Positions 20,373-29,837 of a stretch of DNA of 31,923 bases are shown here, in pieces. Within the stretch, counting starts at the first letter, position 1. Each line of letters begins with the position of its first letter. The notes under the pieces are model-generated. The model was not told the origin of the DNA, did not search any database, and was given only the letters and a program-made list of their open reading frames with translations. The translations under genes and the position numbers were made by a program. The DNA is from an uncultured Ruminiclostridium sp. (GTDB lineage Bacteria; Bacillota; Clostridia; DSM-8532). The DNA lies in NCBI GenBank assembly GCA_964462075.1, contig CAYWXN010000001.1, positions 1-31,923 of the forward strand. The letters are read 5' to 3'.

Positions 20373-21632
20373 CTATTTTATACCGATATCTTTTCTGTAA
20401 TGTGCATTCATGAAATTAATGGCAGAAACTGCCTTGTATGCTTTTTCCCGAGCTTTTTCAATATCTTCGGCCACTGCAGTTACTCCCAGAACGCGCCCGC
20501 CATTGGTATAGAATTTCTCACTTTCCTTCTTTGTCCCCGCATGAAATAATATGGTATCTTCCTGATTTTTTATTGCTTCCAGCCCTGTAATCTCATAACC
20601 TTTTGTATAGCTTTCAGGATATCCTCCCGATGCCATAACAACACAAACAGCACAATTATTCTTCCAAGATATATCTATTGTATCCAATTTTTCATCGATA
20701 ATTGCTTCAAAAATATCTACCAAATCAGTTTCAAGCCGGGGAATGACTACCTGAGTTTCAGGATCACCGAAACGAGCATTATATTCCAGTACCTTTGGCC
20801 CCTCAGGGGTTAACATTAAACCAAAATATAAAATGCCTTTAAAGGGTCTTCCTTCAAGATTCATTGCCTTAATGGTGGGGATAAATATTGATTTCATACA
20901 TTCCTGCTGAAGCTCCTCAGTATATACTCTGCTGGGTGAAAAAGTCCCCATCCCGCCTGTATTAAGACCTTGGTCATTATCGAATGCTCTTTTGTGATCC
21001 TGTGAGCTAACCATCGGTATAACTGTTTTCCCGTCTGTAAATGCCAATACAGATACCTCGGGACCTGTCATGAACTCTTCTACAACGATCCTTTGCCCTG
21101 CCGCTCCAAACTTTTTATCCTCCATAATGGATGTAACAGCCGTCAACGCTTCCTCTGTTGTATTGCAGATCAGTACACCCTTCCCGAGTGCAAGTCCGTC
21201 TGCTTTAACAACCAATGGTAATTTAGCGGTTTTTACATATTCCATTGCTGTTTTACTATCACTAAAGCATTCATAAGCTGCTGAAGGGATATTATACTTT
21301 TTCATCAGATCCTTTGAAAAAACTTTACTGGCCTCAATAATTGCAGCATTTTTTCTCGGCCCTAATGCACGAATCCCTGCATTCTCCAAAGCATCAACCA
21401 TACCTGCTGCCAAGGGATCATCGGGAGCCACTACAACCATATCCAAAGTATTATCCCGGGAGAATCTGACTATCTCATCAATATCCATGGCACCGATAGG
21501 CACACATTCCGATATTTCAGAGATTCCGCCGTTTCCCGGTGCGCAATAAAGCTTTGTAACCCTTGGGCTCTGTTTAAGTTTCCACAAAATTGCGTGTTCT
21601 CTTCCTCCGCTGCCTATAACAAGAATCTTCAT
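20373..21632 (-). CDS. purD: Phosphoribosylamine--glycine ligase
   Basis: GSGGREHA, APGNGG, KADGLALGKGV, QDHKR, NTGGMGTFSP, EYNARFGDPETQ, TNGGRVLGV, YRKDIG. Confidence 0.98.
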   Translation of the reverse strand: MKILVIGSGGREHAILWKLKQSPRVTKLYCAPGNGGISEISECVPIGAMDIDEIVRFSRDNTLDMVVVAPDDPLAAGMVDALENAGIRALGPRKNAAIIEASKVFSKDLMKKYNIPSAAYECFSDSKTAMEYVKTAKLPLVVKADGLALGKGVLICNTTEEALTAVTSIMEDKKFGAAGQRIVVEEFMTGPEVSVLAFTDGKTVIPMVSSQDHKRAFDNDQGLNTGGMGTFSPSRVYTEELQQECMKSIFIPTIKAMNLEGRPFKGILYFGLMLTPEGPKVLEYNARFGDPETQVVIPRLETDLVDIFEAIIDEKLDTIDISWKNNCAVCVVMASGGYPESYTKGYEITGLEAIKNQEDTILFHAGTKKESEKFYTNGGRVLGVTAVAEDIEKAREKAYKAVSAINFMNAHYRKDIGIK

Positions 21633-21641
21633 TTTACACCT

Positions 21642-22265
21642 CTATAATATTTCTACATGACGGCCGCTTATTCTGAGCTTCCGCTGGCTATAAAGGCTTA
21701 TAGCCTTGGGTAGAATTTCCCATTCAGCCTCTACCATTACCCTTTTTTGTAATGTTTCGGCAGTGTCACCCGGCAAAATCTCAACAGCCTTCTGTAATAT
21801 AATCGGTCCGGAATCATATTCTGGTTCGACAAAGTGCACTGTTGCACCGGTTACTTTAACGCCGTATTCCAGAGCCTTGACGTGTGGGATAAGCCCATAA
21901 TAACCCTTTCCGCAGAAAGACGGAATCAGTGAAGGATGCACATTTATAATAGCATTTTTATACGCATATACAAATTTCTCACCCAAGTGACTTAAAAAAC
22001 CTGCTAATACTATCAGCTCAACATCATAGCTTCTCATATGATGCAAAAGAGCATCATCATAATCCTCTAAAGAACTAAAATTTTTTCTGGATATAACTTT
22101 AGTTGGTATACCGTATGTTTTTGCTCGTTCAAGAGCAAATGCATCAGGCCTGCTGGAAACCACCGTGATAATTTGGCAGTCTGCTAATTTGCCGGCCTTT
22201 ATATTATCCAAAATAGCTTGAAGATTGGTACCCCCTCCGGAGACCATAACACCGATTCTTAGCAT
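21642..22265 (-). CDS. purN: Phosphoribosylglycinamide formyltransferase
   Basis: [39 protein letters not shown]. Confidence 0.97.
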   Translation of the reverse strand: MLRIGVMVSGGGTNLQAILDNIKAGKLADCQIITVVSSRPDAFALERAKTYGIPTKVISRKNFSSLEDYDDALLHHMRSYDVELIVLAGFLSHLGEKFVYAYKNAIINVHPSLIPSFCGKGYYGLIPHVKALEYGVKVTGATVHFVEPEYDSGPIILQKAVEILPGDTAETLQKRVMVEAEWEILPKAISLYSQRKLRISGRHVEIL

Positions 22266-23281
22266 ATTTCGATTTTCTCCTCGCCTTTAGCTACCTCACC
22301 GATTATATATGCTTTCTCTCCCTGGTTATTAGCCTCGGCTACGACAAAAGGTGCTATCTCAGCCGGAACAGCCATTACCATACCAATTCCCATATTAAAT
22401 GTATTAAACATATCTTTCTCGGGAACATTGCCTTTTTCCTGCATTAGCTTGAACACAGGATGAATAGGCCATGTGTCTTTATGAATAACAGCTTTCATTC
22501 CATCGGGCAGCATTCTCGGAATATTCTCCAGGAATCCTCCGCCTGTTATGTGAGCAATCCCTTTAATATTATACTTTCTCATAAGGGTGAGTATGGTCTT
22601 AACATAGATCCGGGTAGGTGTGAGAAGTTCCTCTCCCAAAGTCTTACCCAATATGTCCTGGTACTCTTCTAAAACCTTCTTGTTTATATCAAAGATTTTT
22701 CTGACCAACGAGTATCCATTGCTGTGAATCCCTGATGAAGCAAGGCCTATTAGAATATCTTTGGATTTTATCTTCTTTCCGGTTATAAGCTTGTCCTTGT
22801 CGGCTATACCGACCACAAAACCCGCCAAATCATATTCATCTTCAGGATAAAAGCCCGGCATTTCAGCTGTTTCTCCGCCGATTAAAGCGCATCCCGCTTG
22901 GATACAACCATCTGAGACACCTTTTACAATCTGCTCGACCCTTTCGGGAATGAGCTTACCCAATGCGATATAATCTAAGAAAAACAGAGGCTGAGCTCCG
23001 CTACAGGCCACGTCATTTGCACACATGGCAACACAATCAATACCTACAGTATCATGCCTGTCCATAAGAAAAGCAATCTTCAATTTCGTTCCGACACCGT
23101 CTGTTCCCGATACCAGTACAGGCTTTTCATAATTCATGCCTTCTAAACTGAATAGTCCGCCAAAACCGCCGATTTCCGTAAGCACTTCCGGACGCAGAGT
23201 TTTCTTTACATGTGATTTCATCAGATTAACCGCTTTGTAACCTGCTTCTACATCTACGCCGGCTTCCTTGTAATTTGTCAT
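22259..23281 (-). CDS. purM: AIR synthase
   Basis: [54 protein letters not shown]. Confidence 0.98.
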   Translation of the reverse strand: MTNYKEAGVDVEAGYKAVNLMKSHVKKTLRPEVLTEIGGFGGLFSLEGMNYEKPVLVSGTDGVGTKLKIAFLMDRHDTVGIDCVAMCANDVACSGAQPLFFLDYIALGKLIPERVEQIVKGVSDGCIQAGCALIGGETAEMPGFYPEDEYDLAGFVVGIADKDKLITGKKIKSKDILIGLASSGIHSNGYSLVRKIFDINKKVLEEYQDILGKTLGEELLTPTRIYVKTILTLMRKYNIKGIAHITGGGFLENIPRMLPDGMKAVIHKDTWPIHPVFKLMQEKGNVPEKDMFNTFNMGIGMVMAVPAEIAPFVVAEANNQGEKAYIIGEVAKGEEKIEIC

Positions 23282-23316
23282 TTTCTAACCTAGCCTTTCT
23301 ATAAAATAATAAATCT

Positions 23317-24762
23317 TTAACAATTCTTATTCCCAGAAAAATTAGTATTATTTGTTGGGACTCTCATCGGATATTCACCTGTAAAGCATCCGGTACAAAA
23401 GGAGTTGGCAGGTGCTCCGATAGGCGTTTTCAACAAACTCTCCACACTTAAGAAAGCGAGGCTGTCAGCATTAATGCTTTCCCTTATTTCTTCTATGGAA
23501 TAGTTCGCTGCAATTAGATGTTCTTTTGAAGATATGTCTATACCGAAATAGCATGGGTTTAAAACAGGAGGCGAGCTAATTCTCATATGGACTTCCTTAG
23601 CCCCCGCATTTTTAAGCATTTGAACAATTTTATATGAGGTTGTGCCGCGCACTATTGAATCATCAATAATAATAATACTTTTGCCCGCGATTTCTTCCCT
23701 TAGAGCATTTAGCTTTATGCCTACGCTACGTTCTCTGAGTTTTTGAGTGGGCTGTATAAAAGTTCTTCCCACATACCTGTTTTTAATCAAAGCCTCACCG
23801 TATGGGATGCCCGATTCTCTTGAGTACCCTATTGCCGCAGTAAGTCCTGAATCCGGAACGCCAACCACAAGATCGGCCTCTACCGGGCACTCTTTTGCCA
23901 GCAATCGTCCGGCTTCTAATCGTGATTTGTAAATTGAAGCTCCGTCTATAACACTGTCAGGTCTGGCAAAATAGATATGTTCAAAAATACATGATTTATG
24001 TGCTTTGTTATAATTGGTTTTAATTGACTTAAGAGAACTGTCTTCTATAAATATGATTTCACCGGGTTCCACATCTCTGATAAATTCGGCACCGATCGCA
24101 TCAAAAGCACAGTTTTCCGATGCCAGAACATAAGAATTCCCCAGTTTACCTATACATAACGGGCGCATTCCCCATGGATCACGTATTCCCACCAGTCTCT
24201 TCTGTGTCAGAATAACCAGCGCAAAAGCACCTTCTATAACATCCATGGTTTTTATAAGAACTTCTTCAAGATCTTTGCATTTAAGACCGTTACGTGATAT
24301 TAAGTTGGCAATTACTTCGGAATCGGTAGAGGTTTGAAAAATGGCTCCCTTATTTTCGAGTTCATATCTTATTTTTGTTGCATTGACAAGATTTCCGTTA
24401 TGAGCCAGAGCAATTCTTCCTCCCTTATAGTTAAATATAAGGGGCTGGCAGTTTTCAATTGAGCTGCCGCCGGTGGTAGAGTAGCGAGTATGACCTATTG
24501 CAGATGTGCCGTCCATACGATCAAGAATCTTTTCTGTAAATACCTCAGGTACAAGTCCTGAGCCCTTTTGTCCGATTATTTCACCATTATTGTTTATTGC
24601 AATTCCACAGCTTTCCTGTCCCCGATGCTGAAGGGCATAAAGCCCAAAGTACATGATGTGTGCTAAATCATCATCCTGGTAGTCTGATATTCCAAAAACC
24701 CCACAAGCTTCGTGGATATCATCGTTTTCTGATTTGCTTAAATCAAAAATCCTATTATTCAT
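23317..24762 (-). CDS. purF: Amidophosphoribosyltransferase
   Basis: Propeptide followed by EACGVFG, LQHRGQE, GHTRYST, AHNGNLVN, IDDSIVRGTT; Fe-S cysteines present (CIFEHIY, PCYFGID, CTGC). Confidence 0.98.
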   Translation of the reverse strand: MNNRIFDLSKSENDDIHEACGVFGISDYQDDDLAHIMYFGLYALQHRGQESCGIAINNNGEIIGQKGSGLVPEVFTEKILDRMDGTSAIGHTRYSTTGGSSIENCQPLIFNYKGGRIALAHNGNLVNATKIRYELENKGAIFQTSTDSEVIANLISRNGLKCKDLEEVLIKTMDVIEGAFALVILTQKRLVGIRDPWGMRPLCIGKLGNSYVLASENCAFDAIGAEFIRDVEPGEIIFIEDSSLKSIKTNYNKAHKSCIFEHIYFARPDSVIDGASIYKSRLEAGRLLAKECPVEADLVVGVPDSGLTAAIGYSRESGIPYGEALIKNRYVGRTFIQPTQKLRERSVGIKLNALREEIAGKSIIIIDDSIVRGTTSYKIVQMLKNAGAKEVHMRISSPPVLNPCYFGIDISSKEHLIAANYSIEEIRESINADSLAFLSVESLLKTPIGAPANSFCTGCFTGEYPMRVPTNNTNFSGNKNC

Positions 24763-25271
24763 ATATTATTACCTCGCAGTTTCTCTTGAAGCTTTTGATC
24801 TTTTATTGCAACTTGATCTGCCAATTTATTTTTGTATTCGTGGAATTTGATTCTTAAATCCGGATATTTGCCCCCAATAATTTGGATGGCTAAAAGAGCC
24901 GCATTTTCGCTTCCATTTATAGCGACAGTAGCTACCGGAATACCTGTGGGCATTTGTACTATTGAAAGAAGAGAATCAAGGCCGTCCATTGTAGAGGATT
25001 TTATCGGTAAACCGATAACCGGAAGAACTGTAAATGCAGCCAATACACCCGGTAAGTGTGCTGCTTTTCCCGCCGCCGCAATAATCACATCATATCCGTT
25101 TTTCTCAGCATTTCGTGCAAGTTCAGCGGCCTTATCAGGTGTTCTGTGGGCTGAACAGATGTTTACTGTGTAATCTACCCCGAACTCCTTAAGAATTTTT
25201 ATGCTTCCCTCAACCACCGGGAAATCAGAATCACTTCCCATAATGATTGCGATCTTAGGCTGTTTTGACAT
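24759..25271 (-). CDS. purE: N5-CAIR mutase / AIR carboxylase PurE
   Basis: IIMGSDSD, SAHRTP, AAGKAAHLPG, PVIGLP, SIVQMPTGIPVATV. Confidence 0.97.
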   Translation of the reverse strand: MSKQPKIAIIMGSDSDFPVVEGSIKILKEFGVDYTVNICSAHRTPDKAAELARNAEKNGYDVIIAAAGKAAHLPGVLAAFTVLPVIGLPIKSSTMDGLDSLLSIVQMPTGIPVATVAINGSENAALLAIQIIGGKYPDLRIKFHEYKNKLADQVAIKDQKLQEKLRGNNI

Positions 25272-25401
25272 TGTATAACCTCCAAATTCACTTGTTTAGC
25301 AACCAGACATGAAAGTTTCAAAACTCAAAACGCAAAACGGGCAGGAGAAAACCAACCCTTGGATTCATTCATTTTTATACTATAGAAATTAAAAACTAAA
25401 G

Positions 25402-26316
25402 TCAATGTGAAACCTTCACTAAAAACTTCTTCACCATAAAGGCCGGATTGTAAGATAATTTAGATTTTCGCAAACCTTCTATACCTAAATCCTCTTCACG
25501 GTTAATATACTTTACGTTACTCCATTCATTAATACAAAAGTCCCTGTTTATTAATGTGTATAAGCCATGAAAATCTATATTTGCCTTCTCAATGTGTATC
25601 AGAGCCATTTCAGGGTTTAATAGCTCTCCTATAGAAAATGCCTCAAAGTTTCCGTTAATCTTTATTAAGGCTCCCTTTAGCGAAGTGAAGCTGTTCCAGT
25701 TATCAAAAAGGTCGTAGCAGGCAAATCTCTCACTGTTTTGTGAATCAATGTTTAATTCAAATTTATCTGCCCATTGGTCAAGTATCCTCTTACATTCTCC
25801 CAAATTCTCTTCTGTTACCGGCACATATTCATAATCCCCGTATAGTCTCATAAACTGACTTATATGGTTTCTCTTTTTACTGAATTTTTTGCCGGCAAGA
25901 CTAATCAAATCAGACGCATTATAAACATAGTCAAAAGTATGTTCAAGAGGTTCAATGGTAATTCTGTCCTGGTAAACTGCTTTGAGCTTATCGATACATC
26001 TCTCGCTGACTCTGGCAAAACGCAAAGACATTCCGTTTTCCTCAAAGTATTTTTCAATAAATCTAATAGCCTTCTTAAGCTTTTGCACATCATCTGTTCC
26101 ATTTACTGAAATAGGGCAAAAGCTGTATGGCTGGTATACATTTGATTTAGAAATCAGACATAAATAATCTTCTACTATAGTGTAACTAAAGTTATAATCT
26201 TTTCTCCACATATAAAGATATGGAAAGGTGAACTCAGAAGCTATCGGCCTCATTTTTTCAAATATGTCGTTAAATAATGTCATGTCTTCTAATGCTATTT
26301 GCTTAAAACTGTCCAT
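25402..26316 (-). CDS. DUF2156 / phosphatidylglycerol lysyltransferase-domain (GNAT-like) protein
   Basis: SEFTF..LYMW, FDYVYNASDLISLAGKKFSKKRNHI, IHIEKAN, INREEDLGIEGLRKSKLSYNP; no transmembrane region. Confidence 0.8.
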   Translation of the reverse strand: MDSFKQIALEDMTLFNDIFEKMRPIASEFTFPYLYMWRKDYNFSYTIVEDYLCLISKSNVYQPYSFCPISVNGTDDVQKLKKAIRFIEKYFEENGMSLRFARVSERCIDKLKAVYQDRITIEPLEHTFDYVYNASDLISLAGKKFSKKRNHISQFMRLYGDYEYVPVTEENLGECKRILDQWADKFELNIDSQNSERFACYDLFDNWNSFTSLKGALIKINGNFEAFSIGELLNPEMALIHIEKANIDFHGLYTLINRDFCINEWSNVKYINREEDLGIEGLRKSKLSYNPAFMVKKFLVKVSH

Positions 26317-26343
26317 AAAAGGGAAATGCCTCCCAAACTATTG

Positions 26344-27432
26344 TTAATCTCCAAAACTTACGCCCATATTTCTGGCTATTCTCACAAGCTCGCCGTCAAC
26401 CGGTACATACTTGCATTTATTTGCAATATCGGCTAAATCAATAGGGCAAAGCTCATTGTTTACGATTCCGGCCATTTTATTATAATTTCCTTCTGCGGCC
26501 ATCTTAAAAGCTTCAACACCAAGCCTGGTAGTTAGTATTCTATCTGATGGTGAAGGATCTCCGCCTCTTTGCAAATATCCCAGTACAGTAACACGTGTCT
26601 CAAGATGAGTCAGTCTCTCAAGCTCCACAGCTATTTGTGAGCTTATACCATATATTGATTTTGAACGTTCAAAGCAGATATCATCCTTATTTTCCGATCC
26701 TTCGGCCGGAACACATCCTTCCGAAACACAGATGATACTGAAATTTTTGCCGGTGTTTTTTCTTTCCAGAATTTTTCTGGCTACAAGATTTATATCATAT
26801 GGAATTTCGGGGATAAGGATAATATCAGCTCCTCCTGCTATACCTGATTCTAAAGCCACCCATCCAGCACGCCTTCCCATAACCTCCAAAAGCATTAACC
26901 GATGGTGTGATTCGGCCGATGAATGTAGTTTATCAAGTGCTGCTGTGGCAGTGTTAACAGCAGAAATGAAACCTATGGTGGCATCAGTGCCGGGAATATC
27001 ATTATCAATATTCTTAGGAATGGCAATAATCTTAACACCCAATAATGAAAGCCGGTATCCTGTAGTTATTGTGTTGATTCCCCCGATTATAATAAGCCCC
27101 TCAATATCATGCATCTTTAAGTTATCAATAATGCGGCCGCTCATATCTCTTTCCTGCTTTTCGCCGTCATTATCTACAACCATTTTAAAAGGATCAAAGC
27201 TATCGGTTGTACCCAGAATGGTTCCTCCCTTATCTAAAAGCCCCGATACATCAGATAAGGTTAATTTTTTAAAACGGTTATTGACTAAACCCATATACCC
27301 GTCTGTGAAACCGATTATTTCATAGCCGTAAATGTTAATAGCTGTTTTTACTACTGCTCGTATTACAGAGTTTAATCCGGGGCAATCGCCTCCCCCTGTT
27401 AATATGCCTATTCTCTTACGTTGACCATTCAT
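26344..27432 (-). CDS. pfkA: PfkA-family 6-phosphofructokinase, divergent active-site motifs
   Basis: GILTGGGDCPGLN, GGTILGT, PKNIDND, EVMGRRAGW, GADIILIPE, LQRGG; the GGDG motif is replaced by GGIN. Confidence 0.85.
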   Translation of the reverse strand: MNGQRKRIGILTGGGDCPGLNSVIRAVVKTAINIYGYEIIGFTDGYMGLVNNRFKKLTLSDVSGLLDKGGTILGTTDSFDPFKMVVDNDGEKQERDMSGRIIDNLKMHDIEGLIIIGGINTITTGYRLSLLGVKIIAIPKNIDNDIPGTDATIGFISAVNTATAALDKLHSSAESHHRLMLLEVMGRRAGWVALESGIAGGADIILIPEIPYDINLVARKILERKNTGKNFSIICVSEGCVPAEGSENKDDICFERSKSIYGISSQIAVELERLTHLETRVTVLGYLQRGGDPSPSDRILTTRLGVEAFKMAAEGNYNKMAGIVNNELCPIDLADIANKCKYVPVDGELVRIARNMGVSFGD

Positions 27433-27478
27433 TAAAAAACCTGCCTTTTTGCTTATTCACATATATAACAATTAATAT

Positions 27479-27973
27479 CTATACTTCATCTCCGTGAAGA
27501 TGCCCTTCCGATTGCATGTTTTTAAAACCGTCCTGCCTTAGTGCTTCATACAGAATAATTGCCACCGAATTTGACAAATTCAATGAGCGTATATTATTCA
27601 GCATCGGAATACGTATACATTTATCATAATTCGCTTTCAATAATGCCTCAGGCAGCCCTTTTGTCTCTTTTCCAAAAAGAAGAAAGCAATCCTCGGTATA
27701 TTTAATTTCATGGTAAGACTTTTGAGCTTTAGTAGTGCAAAAGATTAAATCGGCTCCTTTGTTCAGATCAAAAAACTCCTGAAGGCTGTTATAATATTTT
27801 AGATTGACATATTTCCAATAGTCAAGGCCTGCCCTCTTTAGATAGCGATCGTCTATTGAAAAACCTAAGGGCCCCACTAAATGCAGTGCGGCCCCAGTAG
27901 CAGCGCAGGATCTTGCAATATTGCCGGTATTTTGAGGAATTTCCGGCTCTACCAAAACAATATTTATTTTCAC
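27479..27973 (-). CDS. trmL: tRNA (cytidine/uridine-34 2'-O)-methyltransferase
   Basis: LVEPEIPQNTGNIARSC, LKRAGLDYW, FGKETKGLP, RSLNLSNSVAIILYEALRQ; GTG start with GGAG RBS. Confidence 0.95.
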   Translation of the reverse strand: MKINIVLVEPEIPQNTGNIARSCAATGAALHLVGPLGFSIDDRYLKRAGLDYWKYVNLKYYNSLQEFFDLNKGADLIFCTTKAQKSYHEIKYTEDCFLLFGKETKGLPEALLKANYDKCIRIPMLNNIRSLNLSNSVAIILYEALRQDGFKNMQSEGHLHGDEV

Positions 27974-28006
27974 AGTATTACTCCCTGATGAAAACCGGGT
28001 GACAAT

Positions 28007-28477
28007 TTAATTTTTTTCTTCCAAAGATACATCGATTTCAATTCTATTTTTATTACTTAAAATTAGGGGTATACTAATAGTCTGCATATTCGTAGGCGAT
28101 ATCATAAGTTTTTCGCCCATCAGCAGAGAAGGAGGTGTAATCTCTATTCCTATATCTCTACTGGCCAAAATTGTTGCAGTATTACCCATTATCATATTTG
28201 CAAGCTCTGATATTGCACTTTTTGATATTTCATCCAGTTCAACCACCGGCATTCCGCCCATCATTGCAGATGCAACTGATAAGGCCGAATCTTTTGAAAA
28301 CGAGATAACAACCTGTCCTCTGATTTTTCCTGTCAAACCAACTATAACTGCTATATTTTCGCTGGAAAAAGGCGCTCTCCTTAAATGAACCTTCCCTAAT
28401 TCGGGTTTTTCACCCGTCATCATCACCAATACTGACTGGCTTGCTTCAATAAATGGATTTATGTATTCTACGTTCAT
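28007..28477 (-). CDS. cheX: Chemotaxis phosphatase CheX
   Basis: MNVEYINPFIEA, VGLTGKIRGQV, SAISELANMIMGN (E-x-x-N catalytic motif), ITPPS. Confidence 0.9.
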   Translation of the reverse strand: MNVEYINPFIEASQSVLVMMTGEKPELGKVHLRRAPFSSENIAVIVGLTGKIRGQVVISFSKDSALSVASAMMGGMPVVELDEISKSAISELANMIMGNTATILASRDIGIEITPPSLLMGEKLMISPTNMQTISIPLILSNKNRIEIDVSLEEKN

Positions 28478-28511
28478 GCATTCTCTCCTATGGAGTCAAT
28501 GTTTTATGATA

Positions 28512-28540
28512 ATTATATTACCATAAACAATTGGTAACAA
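28512..28540 (-). promoter_or_regulatory. Possible sigma-A promoter for cheX
   Basis: TTGTTA, 17-nt spacer, TATAAT; AT-rich context lowers specificity. Confidence 0.45.
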
Positions 28541-28611
28541 CAAATAATTCTTTATAATTATACATTTTACCCACAATTCTTACTTCTTAAATCATAAATT
28601 ATGGCATACAA

Positions 28612-29757
28612 CTAAGAAAAACGTTTATACTCCAAAAATCTTCTTAAAGTATTTTTCCTTATTTTAATTGCTTTTTCCGGGCAAAATTCATGACAGCAAA
28701 AACAGCTGATACATTTTTTGTAATCAATATTTATCAGCTTTTCCTCATTTTTGGTCACTGCCTTTGGAGGACAAACCTCAACACATTTTCCGCATCTTAT
28801 ACATTTATCTTGCATGATTTCCGGCTGAGGACGAAATTTACTTTTAATAAAACGTGCAATACCAAATCTCGAACCAGTTTTTTGGTGACTGAGAGCCGGC
28901 ACCTCAAAGCTATCCGGTTTTATGCTATCTAAATCGACACCAATAACGTTTACACTATTCTTATCGAAAATACCACGCTTTTCTGCAATTTGCATCACCG
29001 GAACTTTACGATAATCAACTCCTATAGCCTTTAATGCCACATAATCGCATGCAAAAGCATCTGTTGATGCAAAGAGACAACCGACATATTTAGGAACTCC
29101 TGCACTCGGGCCGTCGCCTTCCATGGCAATAATACCATCAATTATGTTAATTCGGGGCTTTGTGGCAAGGAATATATCAATAAGGCAATTGGCGAACAAC
29201 TCATAATTACTCATTCTTAAATGGTAATCCGACTTCTCCAATCCTGCAATGGAGCCAAACATATTCTTTACTGCTCCTGTATAAACCATAAAACCATGGG
29301 TTTTCAGCTTTGCCAGATTGATAATGATATCTGCGTCATATAAAGGTTTTAGTATTTTTACAGACTTTAGATATTCAGCGTCGGCATTATTTATTTTCTC
29401 GACCCTAAGATCGAAATTGAGCTCGGCCCCTGTTTCGTTTGCAATTTGCTCTATCCCGGTTTTAGCATATACCATCTTAAGCAAAGGAATATTATATGGC
29501 CCTCCCGGGCTTTCGACTATAACAGCTATTCCTCCTACTTGCTGCACCAGCTTTATTACGGCATGGACTACAGAAGGGTGAGTTGTCGCCGCTTCCTCAG
29601 GTTTTTTTGCCATTAGAAGATTCGGTTTTATAGCTACCCTCATTCCGGGTTTTATGATATTTTTAATCCCGCCCATATCATCAAATATTTTCTCTAAGCA
29701 GGTTATCACTCTGTCCAGTCTATAGTTTTCTGAAGTGTTAACAATTACATCCATCAT
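28612..29757 (-). CDS. DUF362 domain protein with C-terminal 2x[4Fe-4S] ferredoxin domain
   Basis: VAIKPNLL, TTHPSV, INLAKLKTHG, TGAVKNMFG, IDGIIAMEGDGP; CIRCGKCVEVCP and CISCFCCHEFCP. Confidence 0.88.
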   Translation of the reverse strand: MMDVIVNTSENYRLDRVITCLEKIFDDMGGIKNIIKPGMRVAIKPNLLMAKKPEEAATTHPSVVHAVIKLVQQVGGIAVIVESPGGPYNIPLLKMVYAKTGIEQIANETGAELNFDLRVEKINNADAEYLKSVKILKPLYDADIIINLAKLKTHGFMVYTGAVKNMFGSIAGLEKSDYHLRMSNYELFANCLIDIFLATKPRINIIDGIIAMEGDGPSAGVPKYVGCLFASTDAFACDYVALKAIGVDYRKVPVMQIAEKRGIFDKNSVNVIGVDLDSIKPDSFEVPALSHQKTGSRFGIARFIKSKFRPQPEIMQDKCIRCGKCVEVCPPKAVTKNEEKLINIDYKKCISCFCCHEFCPEKAIKIRKNTLRRFLEYKRFS

Positions 29758-29837
29758 ATCCGGCCTTTTGTAACTTTCTTAAAATCTATGATATTTTCTT
29801 TAACTAGAATAAGAATCTCGCTTTTCTCGAGTTTCAG

